Shown: piece after piece, positions 9,235-17,950 of the stretch
Position numbering within the stretch: position 1 is the stretch's first letter
How the letters are laid out: every line of letters begins with the position of its first letter
Assembly: GCA_030588935.1 (NCBI GenBank)
Contig: JAUUWR010000001.1
Coordinates: 1-30,887 of the forward strand
Reading direction: 5' to 3'
Source: a bacterium
GTDB lineage: Archaea; Nanobdellota; Nanobdellia; Pacearchaeales; GW2011-AR1
DNA: 30,887 bases
The notes under the pieces: generated by a model
What the model saw: the letters and a program-made list of their open reading frames with translations, nothing else
What the model was told of the DNA's origin: nothing
The model's database searches: none
Made by a program: the position numbers and the translations under genes

Positions 9235-9879
9235 TTACTTCACTTGCAATTCAAGAATTAAATTTCCTTTATCTAATTCATAATTTATAATCGGCAGATT
9301 TATGTTTAGGGTTTTAGAATAGACTTTGTCTTTTGAAAGAGCTTTTATTTCAATTGAGTTTTCTAATTGGTTGATTAGAACATCATTAATGTCTTGGACG
9401 CCCGGAACTGCAAGTTCATAGACTAATCTTCCTGATAATCTTTTCATTGTTGTTTTTGGTTCTTTTCTTGGAAGTTTTGCAAACATGTCTGCTTTTTCTT
9501 TAGGCAAGTCTTTTCTTATTTTTTGAATTTGCTGTATTTGTTTTTGAGGAGAAATTTTTTGAGGGAGAATTCTTTTACCATTTACAAAAAATTGAATGTC
9601 CATGTTTGGATGATTTGGATTTTGTTTTTGCTGGTTTCCTTCTTGTATGTTTTTCATCATTTTTTCTGTCATTTTCATTGCTGTTTTGAATAATTTATTT
9701 ATTGGAATATTGTTCATCATTGATCCAAAACTGTCATCAAGATCATCTCTGCCTAGAAATCCATAATCTTTATTATTATATTTATCTTTAGAATTTAAAT
9801 TATGTCCGCAAAAAGGACAGAATTTATGGCTTTTTTCTATTTTTTCTTTGCATTGAGGACATTTTTTTTTGAATAACAT
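9235..9879 (-). CDS. N-terminal zinc-ribbon protein with C-terminal Hsp20/alpha-crystallin-like domain
   Basis: CPQC...CPFCG at the N-terminus; C-terminal VYELAVPGV...IEIKA...YSKTLNI...GNLILEL resembles the Hsp20 beta-sandwich. Confidence 0.7.
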   Translation of the reverse strand: MLFKKKCPQCKEKIEKSHKFCPFCGHNLNSKDKYNNKDYGFLGRDDLDDSFGSMMNNIPINKLFKTAMKMTEKMMKNIQEGNQQKQNPNHPNMDIQFFVNGKRILPQKISPQKQIQQIQKIRKDLPKEKADMFAKLPRKEPKTTMKRLSGRLVYELAVPGVQDINDVLINQLENSIEIKALSKDKVYSKTLNINLPIINYELDKGNLILELQVK

Positions 9880-10021
9880 TTTGATTATATTAATTTATTA
9901 ATGAATTTGGTTTAAATAGTTTTTGGGGGAAGTTTTTATGGTTTTAATGAGAAACCGAAATCTTTTTAAAATAGGAGTTTTAATATATATGATTTTTTAT
10001 ATATGATAGAGAAGAAAGAGA

Positions 10022-10681
10022 ATGGAAAGAGAAGAATTAATTAAAAAATATGGTATTGATGTTCCTAAGCTTGAAAAGGAGCAGTTGAAACTGGCGAAGC
10101 AGCTGGAAATAAAGAATAAGATAGATTTTTCTTTGGCTGATAAATTCGGGGCTTTTTTTAATACTTTTATCAGGAATAAGATTCTTTCATGTGTGATTAT
10201 TTGTAACAAGGACTATGAGATTATTGACAGGGCTTATGCTTTTGAGAAAGTTAATTTTCCGTATTTGGCGGGCTTTAGAGCTTATAGGGAGCTGCCTGCA
10301 ATGGTGTTGGCTTTTAATAAATTGAATGAAAAGCCGGATGTTGTTTTTGTTCCAGCTATGGGGCTTGCTCATCCAAGATTAAGCTTGACGAGCCATTTTA
10401 GTTTGTCTGCTAATGTTCCGAGTATTGGTGTTTCAGATTCAGTTTTTGGCTGTGATGTTAAAGAGAAAGATATTTTAAAAGGTAAGAAGAAGGTTGGAAG
10501 AATTTTAGAGACAAAGCCTGGGAGCAGGCCCTTGTATGTTAGTCCTGGAAATTTAATAAGTGTTAAGACAGCTTATGGGCTTTGCAAGAATTTTATTAAT
10601 CTGCCTCATAAGTTGCCAGAGCCCATGCATTTGGCTCGAAAGTATGCGAGGGAAGTTGAAGGGGAGTTGAAAGGGGAATAA
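10022..10681 (+). CDS. nfi: Endonuclease V homolog, catalytic residues degenerate
   Basis: FPYLAGFRAYRELP, PDVVFVPAMGLAHPR, PSIGVS, PLYVSPG, KLPEPM: EndoV fold motifs. Confidence 0.9.
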   Translation: MEREELIKKYGIDVPKLEKEQLKLAKQLEIKNKIDFSLADKFGAFFNTFIRNKILSCVIICNKDYEIIDRAYAFEKVNFPYLAGFRAYRELPAMVLAFNKLNEKPDVVFVPAMGLAHPRLSLTSHFSLSANVPSIGVSDSVFGCDVKEKDILKGKKKVGRILETKPGSRPLYVSPGNLISVKTAYGLCKNFINLPHKLPEPMHLARKYAREVEGELKGE

Positions 10682-10682
10682 G

Positions 10683-10733
10683 TTTAAAAACCCAAAATTC
10701 ATAATAAAACTGCTTTAAGGGGAAAAGAGTTCT
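10683..10733 (+). promoter_or_regulatory. ORFan-associated promoter/leader element copy A
   Basis: TTTAAAAACCCAAAATTCATAATAAAACTGCTTTAAGGGGAAAAGAGTTCT, 11 nt before ATG 10745. Confidence 0.65.
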
Positions 10734-10744
10734 GATAAGATAAG

Positions 10745-11065
10745 ATGGTTAATGAAAATACTATGAGTGATCAAGAAATTAGCAAATATTTTGATAAGCA
10801 ATATAAGTATGTGGATGATAATATAAAACAACTTATAAAGATTTATAGTGATAAATTTGTGATAGTTTATGATAGAAGAGTTGTAGATTCTGATTCTAAT
10901 GAGATTGAATTAGCAAAAAGGCATCATCTAAGGGGTCAATTTGACTTTACTCTGCCTGCTTTAATAACTAAGATTTCAAAGACACTTGAAGAACATTTAG
11001 AGGAAATAAATAGAAGAAAAGAACCTGTTTATTTAGAATCTCCAGAAGAAGAGTGTTTCCGATGA
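10745..11065 (+). CDS. small protein, DUF5678-like
   Basis: YSDKFVIVYDRRVVDSDSNEIELAKR resembles the DUF5678 pattern (recognised from memory only); overlaps the MFS 3' end by 37 nt. Confidence 0.55.
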   Translation: MVNENTMSDQEISKYFDKQYKYVDDNIKQLIKIYSDKFVIVYDRRVVDSDSNEIELAKRHHLRGQFDFTLPALITKISKTLEEHLEEINRRKEPVYLESPEEECFR

Positions 11066-12432
11066 TAATGTGTTTTTCTTATGATTAATTCATGATGGCC
11101 TTCGAAACTTGGGAGTTTGATTCTCCTTGGGATTAATTCTTTTAGTGCTTTTTTAGAATCAAACTCTTTTGTTTTTCTTATTTCTTTGATAAAAGGAGTC
11201 ATAATTAAGCCTACAAACATTCTTGCAATAGCTGAGATTAAGAAAATAAATAAAAGTTTGTTCATAAAACTGATTGTTAGTGTTTTTACTAAAATAGCTC
11301 CAACTCCTGCACCTAAAAAAATTCCGATGCCGTTTAATACATTGTGATATGAAACTGCCAGGCCTCTTTTTTCAGAGCTGACAGAGTCAAAAATAAAATT
11401 TGATGTAGCTAAATTAAATCCTGCAAATGCTATTCCACCTATTAAAGCAGGACCAAGAATCAGGAAGATTGGACGAGGGGAAATTAACCATAGAACAGGA
11501 TGAAGAGGTATGAGGATAGAAGTTATTTTTATAATCCTGTAATTTCCATATTTATCAGCAAATTTGCCCCATAATCTCATTGTTAGCAGGCTGAATATTA
11601 ATTGAGAAAGAACAACTGTCATAAAAATAACATAACTGAAATTAAGATTTCTTAGCATATAAACTGCGAAAAATGGACTTGCAATAGACATTGCAAAATA
11701 CATCAATGCTGTAAAAAATGTGAATCTTCCGAAATTATTTGATTTAGCTTTTTTTATGAATTGCCAGAAAGAAAAATAATATCCTTTTTTGAGTTTTAAT
11801 TTTGGTTCATAAGATTTTTTAAAATAATAACTACAAGTCAATCTCGCTATCATCGCGATAAAAAATAATATCATAAATCCAAACATGGTGTAATTATTTT
11901 TCTTAAAAAAATCTAATAAAAAAGCAGCTAAGATTGTGAATATTAATGTAACTATGCCAATTGTGAAATTTCTTTTTGAAAACCATTTTCCTCTGTAATC
12001 TTTATCAACCACATCCCCCATCCATGAGAACCATGCAGGATAGGAAATCCCATTAAGTATTATAAATAAAGCAAAAAAGATTAGGAGTAATAATGGCAAA
12101 AAAGATATTAAAATTCCTTTATAAAATAAAAGGGCTATGATGATTAAAGGAATCCATGTTAATGCTTCGAAAAGAGTTGCAATTGTTACTATTTTTTTTC
12201 TTGGATATTTTTCAATTAATCTTGAACTTTGCCATTGACTTATCGGCCCTATTAAACCTGCAACAGAACTAATTAAAGCGATTAAGGAATTACTTGCATT
12301 GATTGCAATTGCAAAAGGAGTAATATAAGAATTTCTTAGTACAGTTCTGATTGTTGCAAAACTGCCTTCTTTGATACTTAAGTGCCTTGTTTTTCTCTGC
12401 AAAGCTCTTCTTCTCCTTTTTTTTAAATCCAT
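11029..12432 (-). CDS. Major facilitator superfamily transporter
   Basis: About 12 hydrophobic segments; WGKFADKYGNYR motif-A-like loop; WFSWMGDVV..RGKWFSKRN. Confidence 0.9.
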   Translation of the reverse strand: MDLKKRRRRALQRKTRHLSIKEGSFATIRTVLRNSYITPFAIAINASNSLIALISSVAGLIGPISQWQSSRLIEKYPRKKIVTIATLFEALTWIPLIIIALLFYKGILISFLPLLLLIFFALFIILNGISYPAWFSWMGDVVDKDYRGKWFSKRNFTIGIVTLIFTILAAFLLDFFKKNNYTMFGFMILFFIAMIARLTCSYYFKKSYEPKLKLKKGYYFSFWQFIKKAKSNNFGRFTFFTALMYFAMSIASPFFAVYMLRNLNFSYVIFMTVVLSQLIFSLLTMRLWGKFADKYGNYRIIKITSILIPLHPVLWLISPRPIFLILGPALIGGIAFAGFNLATSNFIFDSVSSEKRGLAVSYHNVLNGIGIFLGAGVGAILVKTLTISFMNKLLFIFLISAIARMFVGLIMTPFIKEIRKTKEFDSKKALKELIPRRIKLPSFEGHHELIIRKTHYHRKHSSSGDSK

Positions 12433-12482
12433 CTTTTTATAATTATTATATTTGGATTAATAAAAGTTACTGAAGAGTATTA

Positions 12483-12553
12483 TGCGCCTTCCGAGAATCG
12501 AACTCGGGTCTAGACCTTGGGAAGGTCTTATTCTGCCACTATACCAAAGGCGC
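12483..12553 (-). tRNA. tRNA-Gly(CCC), no intron, CCA not encoded
   Basis: Reverse complement GCGCCTT TGGTATAGTGGCAGAATA AGACC-TTCCCAA-GGTCT AGAC CCGAG-TTCGATT-CTCGG AAGGCGC A; anticodon CCC. Confidence 0.96.
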
Positions 12554-12605
12554 ATATGATTTATAGTATAATAATTATTTTAAAGGTTATTGTTGTGGGG
12601 GTTTG

Positions 12606-12956
12606 ATGGTTGAGAGGCAATTGTGGTGGAATTTTGTAGGAATTCCTGCTGAGGAAAAGATAAAATGGTTTTTTGTGATTGTGAATGATAAAAGAGAGAT
12701 TAGAAAAATATCGAACAGAATTTTTGGAAGGCTCGCAATGATTGAGGAATTGGTTGAAAGAGAAGGAAAAGCAGATGGTATGAATTATAAACTTCTGGTT
12801 TTTAATTCTGAAAAAAAATTAGAAAAGGATGATATTTCATCTATTTATAGGGGTTATGTGAAAAGAGAAGAAAGATTATACACTAGAAAAAGGTTGGGAA
12901 TAGATGGATTAGAAAATTATGTACAAAGAAAGTTAAAAAGAAATAATAAGCCTTAA
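12606..12956 (+). CDS. hypothetical protein (ORFan)
   Basis: ORF track starts at TTG 12603; ATG 12606 preferred because TTTTAAAG lies at 12578-12585 (-28). Confidence 0.6.
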   Translation: MVERQLWWNFVGIPAEEKIKWFFVIVNDKREIRKISNRIFGRLAMIEELVEREGKADGMNYKLLVFNSEKKLEKDDISSIYRGYVKREERLYTRKRLGIDGLENYVQRKLKRNNKP

Positions 12957-12980
12957 ATATGTTCTTTTTCTTGAATTCTT

Positions 12981-14357
12981 ATGGCAAACAAGAAAAAATT
13001 TTATGTGACAACTGCGATTGATTATGTAAATGCTCCTCCACATTGCGGGCATGCATTTGAGAAAATAATAGCTGATGCTTTAGTGAGATGGCATAAGTTA
13101 AAAGGGGAAAATGTCTGGTTTTTAACTGGGACAGATGAAAATGCTCAAAAAAATGCTCAAGCTGCAAAAGCTGCAGGAATTCCTGTTCAGAAATTTGTAG
13201 ATAAAAATTCTAAGATATTTATTGAATTATGCAAGAAATTGAATATAAATTATGATGATTTTATTAAAACAACTGAAAAAAGACATGTAAAAGTTGCTCA
13301 AGAGATTTTCAAAAAAGTTTATGATAAAGGCGAGATTTACAAGGGGAAATATGAAGGATATTATTGTAAGGGATGTGAGTCTTTTATTACTGAAAGAGAA
13401 TTAGTTGATGGGAAATGTCCTGAGCATGATAAAAAACCTGAATTACTGTCTGAAGATGCTTATTTTTTTAAGTTAAGTAAGTATAAAGATAAAATAATCA
13501 AGTTTGTTGAGGGTTATATTGTTCCTTCTTCAAGGAAGAAAGAGATTTTGTCAAGATTGAAAGGTGATGAATTAAGGGACTTATGTGTTTCTCGTAGTAA
13601 TTTAGATTGGGGTATTGATAGTCCTATTGACAAAAAATTTAAGATTTATGTGTGGTTTGATGCTTTGATAAATTATGTATCTGGTGCAAATGGGAACTGG
13701 CCTGCTGATGTCCATGTTATTGGGAAAGGAATTAACTGGTTTCATTCTGTTATTTGGCCTGGAATTTTAATGTCTGCTGGTTATGAATTGCCTAAAAAAT
13801 TATTAGTTCATGGATATTTGAATTTAAAAGGAAAGAAAATAAGTAAGACTTTGGGTAATGTAATTGACCCAATTAAATTAGCAGATAAATATGGAGCAGA
13901 TGCTGTTAGATATTCTTTGTTAAGAGGTTCTGTATTTGATGATTTTGATTATTCTGAGGAAATTTTGGTTGAGAGGTATAATAATGAACTTGCAAATAAA
14001 CTTGGGAACTTAGTTAGTAGGGTTTGTAGTTTAGCTGAGAAATATGGTTTAGAGAAATGTGAGAATAAGTTATTGAAGAAATTGAAATTAAGAGAGATAG
14101 AAAAATTAATTGATAATTATGAGCTTGATAAAGCTTTGAATTTGATTTTTGAGTTTATTGATGTTTGTAATGAGTATGTTCAGAATAAAAAGCCTTGGGA
14201 GAGTAAGGATAAGAAGGTTTTGTATGAATTAAAAGAATCTATTTTGAAAATTGCTGAACTTTTAAGTCCTTTTATTCCTGAATCTGCTGAGAAAATTAAA
14301 AAACAATTTAGTGCTAAGAAGATTAAGAAGGGGGAGATATTGTTTAGGAAGATTTAA
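12981..14357 (+). CDS. metG: Methionyl-tRNA synthetase, short form lacking the C-terminal tRNA-binding OB domain
   Basis: FYVTTAIDYVNAPPHCGH (HIGH), GTDE, Zn knuckle CKGC..CPEH, YVWFDALINY, GKGINWFH, KISKT (KMSKS), DAVRY. Confidence 0.96.
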   Translation: MANKKKFYVTTAIDYVNAPPHCGHAFEKIIADALVRWHKLKGENVWFLTGTDENAQKNAQAAKAAGIPVQKFVDKNSKIFIELCKKLNINYDDFIKTTEKRHVKVAQEIFKKVYDKGEIYKGKYEGYYCKGCESFITERELVDGKCPEHDKKPELLSEDAYFFKLSKYKDKIIKFVEGYIVPSSRKKEILSRLKGDELRDLCVSRSNLDWGIDSPIDKKFKIYVWFDALINYVSGANGNWPADVHVIGKGINWFHSVIWPGILMSAGYELPKKLLVHGYLNLKGKKISKTLGNVIDPIKLADKYGADAVRYSLLRGSVFDDFDYSEEILVERYNNELANKLGNLVSRVCSLAEKYGLEKCENKLLKKLKLREIEKLIDNYELDKALNLIFEFIDVCNEYVQNKKPWESKDKKVLYELKESILKIAELLSPFIPESAEKIKKQFSAKKIKKGEILFRKI

Positions 14358-14405
14358 AAACCTTAAAATTATATAAAATTAAACCTAAAAGGGAAGAAGA
14401 GTTCT
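14353..14405 (+). promoter_or_regulatory. ORFan-associated promoter/leader element copy B
   Basis: TTTAAAAACCTTAAAATTATATAAAATTAAACCTAAAAGGGAAGAAGAGTTCT, 14 nt before ATG 14420. Confidence 0.7.
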
Positions 14406-15118
14406 TGATAATATTGAAAATGGATTATAAAAAAATTGCAAAGTATGCAGGAAAAACTGCTGCGACAATAGTTTGTCCGCCTTTGGGGTTTGCTTTGTGG
14501 CCGAAGAAAGCAGAAAAGAGATTAGGAGCCGCAGCTGTAGGACTTGTAGTTTCTGGAATGTTTAATGTTGGAATATTATCATGGCAAAAAAAACAAGTTT
14601 ATGATAATATAAGTGTGATTGGAAAAACGCCTGTTTCTGTTGTTAATTGGGGGGAAATTTTTAGTTCTCCTATAGCATTTTATTTTGATGCTCCTAATAA
14701 AACAAGATTAAAAAAAGTTAAAAAATCTTATTTTGTACAAGGGGATGATGTAGTAACTTTTAATAATGGAAAATATAATTTAAATTTCAGTTCTGAGAGG
14801 AAGTTTGGGTCTTTTGCAGGAAAATCTGTTGCACAAGCTCAAGAACAAGTAAAGATGCATGAAAAACAATTTCAAGAAAAGATAACAAAATATGAAAAAA
14901 TACTTGAAGCTTATTTAAAACAAGGAAGTTTGCTTGATGCAAGGAGAGAAAGAGAAAATTTAGATAAATTAAAACTTCTTAAACAAGAGAAATTAGGAAA
15001 ATTAGAAGCTAATTTAGAAGCAGTTACTAAAGAATATATTGAAACAAAAACAGTCTTTCAAGAAGCTGTTGATAAGATGAATTCTGAGTTAGAGTGTCTT
15101 GCGCAAGGGAAAAATTAA
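14405..15118 (+). CDS. hypothetical membrane-anchored coiled-coil protein (probable start ATG 14420)
   Basis: Two N-terminal hydrophobic stretches and a K/E-rich heptad C-terminus; preceded by the GGGAAGAAGAGTTCT element. Confidence 0.7.
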   Translation: MIILKMDYKKIAKYAGKTAATIVCPPLGFALWPKKAEKRLGAAAVGLVVSGMFNVGILSWQKKQVYDNISVIGKTPVSVVNWGEIFSSPIAFYFDAPNKTRLKKVKKSYFVQGDDVVTFNNGKYNLNFSSERKFGSFAGKSVAQAQEQVKMHEKQFQEKITKYEKILEAYLKQGSLLDARRERENLDKLKLLKQEKLGKLEANLEAVTKEYIETKTVFQEAVDKMNSELECLAQGKN

Positions 15119-15168
15119 AAAAGAGTAAATTGTTTTTAATAAGATAAATGTGCAATAATATTAATATT

Positions 15169-15308
15169 GAAAAATTTGGAAGCTTTGCTAACCAAATTTT
15201 TCTTTTAAAATCTATAACGCTAAAAATTATTAAGTTTTGAAGATGAGATGATTAAGCGATAAATAGAAACACTTAAATTATCGGATTAATATTATAGATA
15301 AAAATAAA
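15169..15308 (+). promoter_or_regulatory. Long upstream element copy 5 (tRNA-binding gene), hairpin subtype
   Basis: 11-bp inverted repeat GAAAAATTTGG 15169-15179 / CCAAATTTTTC 15192-15202; GAAGATGAG 15239-15247; ATTAAGCGATAAA; TTATAGATAAA near the ATG. Confidence 0.65.
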
Positions 15309-15647
15309 ATGACAAAAGGAATAGTATCTTTTAAAGACTGGCAAAAATTTGATTTGCGAGTTGGAGAGATTCTTGAAGTTGAAGATATTGAAGGAGCTGA
15401 TAAGCTTTTTAAGTTGAAAATTGATTTAGGGACAGAGACAAGGGTTTTGGTTGCTGGGTTAAAAGGATATTATACAAAACCTGAATTAGAAGGAAAAAGA
15501 GTTATTGTTTTTTGTAATTTAGAGCCTCGAATGATAAGGGGGATTGAGAGCAAGGGAATGGTTTTGGCTGCTGTAAATGGTGATAAAAGTGAAGTGAAGT
15601 TGTTGCAGGCAGATGGGGTTGTTGAGTTGGGTGGGAAGGTTAGTTAG
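15309..15647 (+). CDS. Stand-alone tRNA-binding OB-fold protein (Trbp111/MetRS C-terminal/CsaA-like)
   Basis: FKDWQKFDLRVGEILEVEDIEGADKLFKLKIDLG..R.LVAGLK..Y...EL.GK.VIVFCNLEPR..RGIESKGMVLAA. Confidence 0.93.
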   Translation: MTKGIVSFKDWQKFDLRVGEILEVEDIEGADKLFKLKIDLGTETRVLVAGLKGYYTKPELEGKRVIVFCNLEPRMIRGIESKGMVLAAVNGDKSEVKLLQADGVVELGGKVS

Positions 15648-15649
15648 GT

Positions 15650-16045
15650 TTAATCATCAAGTATACCGCAAGGAAGCTTAACAATTTCACAAATCTTATT
15701 ATAATTAAAATAAGAGTCTAAATAGGACATTATCTGTTGAGGCGAGCGATAAAGATAACTACCAGAGGCTTTAATGCATAAAGAAGAGGTTTTAACCCCT
15801 CTATCTTTTTTTAATCTTAAGCTTAGTCTTGCAGGGATAGAACGATATGATTCGTTCTTAGCATTAACAGAAAATTCAAATCCTCTTTTTTTATATTTAA
15901 TTACTCGAAAACTTCTTTCTGATTCAGGAGCTTCATCTAATGTTTTGATTAATTTATCAGCAAATTCTTTTACTGATCTGTTAGTATTCATCCATCCTTG
16001 AAAATATATTGTCTTAAACTCAAAATCTGGTTTTCTTTTAAACAT
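15650..16045 (-). CDS. hypothetical protein (131 aa ORFan)
   Basis: ORF convergent with the tRNA-binding gene (2 nt gap). Confidence 0.6.
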   Translation of the reverse strand: MFKRKPDFEFKTIYFQGWMNTNRSVKEFADKLIKTLDEAPESERSFRVIKYKKRGFEFSVNAKNESYRSIPARLSLRLKKDRGVKTSSLCIKASGSYLYRSPQQIMSYLDSYFNYNKICEIVKLPCGILDD

Positions 16046-16098
16046 TATAAAAATAAATAATAAATCATTTATAAGGATTTATGTAATAATTAATAGAA

Positions 16099-16866
16099 TT
16101 ATCCCTTCCCAAACAACCTCTTCCAAAATCCAAGCCTGATTGGAGGTTCTATCTCAACATCTTCTCCGAGAAGTCTTCTTGATGTGGTAAGATAAGTTTT
16201 TGCTGCTCTGGATTTTGGATGAGTGTGGATTACTGCGTTTTTCATAGCTTGTGATTTTTTTATTGCAACATCTTCTGGGATAATACCTAAAATAGGGCTT
16301 TCTAACATGTCTTTTATATTTGGAAGAGACATTTCTGTTTCTTTTCCCTGGTATCTTGTTATTATGATTCCCTTTATAGGCTTGTTCATTTCTTGTGTGA
16401 GCTTAATTGTTTTTAGAGCGTCTGTTATGGCAGCTATTTCTGGGTTAGTTATAATTATGATTTCATCAGAAACTTGTATTATGGATTTAACTTCTTTGCC
16501 TAATCCTGCTGCAGAGTCAATTAAAATATGGTCTGTTATTCTTTTTAGTTTTTTTGCAATGTCTGGGAGGGCTTTATAATTTATTTTTCCAATTTCTTTT
16601 AATGAGAGAGAGGCAGGGATGATTTTTGTTCCAGATTCATGCTCATAAATAGCTTCTTCTAATTTTGCCTGCCCATTTAAAACATGATTAAGGGTGATAG
16701 GGACTATAGGAGCTCCTAAGTGAATGCCTATGTTTGGGGTGGATAGGTTTCCATCTATGATGATAACATTTTCTCCTAAGTGGTTTAAAGAGGTTCCTAA
16801 ATTAATTGCACTTGTGGTTTTTCCAGTTCCTCCTTTTCCTGAGATTATTGCGTAGATTTTTGACAT
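16099..16866 (-). CDS. minD: MinD/ParA-family ATPase (archaeal MinD-like)
   Basis: Deviant Walker A SGKGGTGKTT, IIDGNL, ILIDSAAGLG, C-terminal amphipathic FWKRLFG. Confidence 0.92.
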   Translation of the reverse strand: MSKIYAIISGKGGTGKTTSAINLGTSLNHLGENVIIIDGNLSTPNIGIHLGAPIVPITLNHVLNGQAKLEEAIYEHESGTKIIPASLSLKEIGKINYKALPDIAKKLKRITDHILIDSAAGLGKEVKSIIQVSDEIIIITNPEIAAITDALKTIKLTQEMNKPIKGIIITRYQGKETEMSLPNIKDMLESPILGIIPEDVAIKKSQAMKNAVIHTHPKSRAAKTYLTTSRRLLGEDVEIEPPIRLGFWKRLFGKG

Positions 16867-17090
16867 TTTCTTATTTTATGTTGTTTTTTTACCTTCTATT
16901 TTATGGAAAAATTAAGAGCCTTCGGACAACTTAATTTTCCTTTTTTATCTATAAGGTTATAAATTTTTAAGTTATGTGAGTGAGTTCTTTTGTTTTCTCC
17001 TTGTCTGCTTAAGCTTCTCTTCTGAGTAAATTAATATTTTATAAGATATTGGTTTTTTATAATATAAGCGAGCGAACAAAGTGAGTGAGC
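16867..17090 (-). promoter_or_regulatory. Long upstream element copy 6 (minD) with tandem-GA hairpin and proximal stem-loop
   Basis: GCTTAAGC 17007-17014; GAGCGAACAAAGTGAGTGAGC 17070-17090; stem GGAAAAATTAAG 16905 / CTTAATTTTCC 16930-16940. Confidence 0.7.
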
Positions 17091-17117
17091 CAATTATATT
17101 TTAACTTTTTTTGACAA

Positions 17118-17573
17118 TTACTTGGATGTCAAAAAAAGCTTGGTATAATTTATAAACCTTTCGAGAATTTCAGCATATTCTTTTAATTTGTCTAAATCAA
17201 CTCTGATTTCTTCTCCTTTGTATATGATTGTTAAGCAAACTCCTTTTCTAAATTCGTTGGCCTTGGTTTTTTTGAGGATATCAATTAATTTAAACATCTC
17301 GTATAATTTGATGGCTTCTATGACTTCTTCTTGTTTTTTGAAAATTTTTTTTATAGCGTCTACTTTTATTTTTGGGGCTGTTGGGATTTTTTTAATCTTT
17401 TTTTTCTTTTTTGCTTTTCCTAATAGCCCATCAATAGAATAATCAATCATTATTTTCCATCTTTTGAGAAGATTAATCATTACATCGCAGGTTTTTGTGT
17501 ATTTCAAACTAACATAAAGCAAATGGTCTGCACTTATTTTTTCTTTAATTATTTCTTCTAAATTTTCTGACAT
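17118..17573 (-). CDS. conserved-looking helical hypothetical protein (possible HEPN-like), paralog A
   Basis: ADHLLYVSLKY motif shared with ORF 18261-18728; carries the long upstream element. Confidence 0.75.
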   Translation of the reverse strand: MSENLEEIIKEKISADHLLYVSLKYTKTCDVMINLLKRWKIMIDYSIDGLLGKAKKKKKIKKIPTAPKIKVDAIKKIFKKQEEVIEAIKLYEMFKLIDILKKTKANEFRKGVCLTIIYKGEEIRVDLDKLKEYAEILERFINYTKLFLTSK

Positions 17574-17767
17574 GTTTTATTATATTATTTTTTGGAATCT
17601 TACAATTTACTTGATATTATTAACTGGAATCTTAATGAATAATACCTTACTCAGATGAGTAGCTTAAGTTCTCTTTTACTCTCTTACGCTTCTCATATCA
17701 AGCGTTATATTTTATTTATTATGAGTTTTTTATATAAAAGAGGCGAGCGAACAAAGTGAGCGAGCCT
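17574..17767 (-). promoter_or_regulatory. Long upstream element copy 7 (ORF 17118-17573) with tandem-GA hairpin
   Basis: TGGAATCTT 17593 and 17625; block 17606-17637 is 31/32 identical to 3060-3091; GATGAG 17654; CTCAT 17692; hairpin 17741-17767. Confidence 0.8.
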
Positions 17768-17888
17768 GATATATTCCATTTGTTTGTTTTTAGTGTTATA
17801 TACCTCATTTTCTGTTAAAATGGCGAAAAAGAGTTTAAAATAAAGGTAGAACTTCTATATAAATGTTGGTTTTGTTTGTAGAAAGGTT

Positions 17889-17938
17889 TTTAAAAGACAA
17901 ATTTATTATAAATCTACCTAAAAGGGAAGGAGAGTTCT
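17889..17938 (+). promoter_or_regulatory. ORFan-associated promoter/leader element copy C
   Basis: TTTAAAAGACAAATTTATTATAAATCTACCTAAAAGGGAAGGAGAGTTCT, 12 nt before ATG 17951. Confidence 0.7.
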
Positions 17939-17950
17939 AATAAGAGAAAC

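Noticed and set aside
7596-16579. ORFs 7596, 9997, 10187, 11117, 12979, 15774, 16223
   Set aside because: Antisense to well-supported genes (rpl15e, nfi, MFS, metG, ORF 15650, minD); no independent support.
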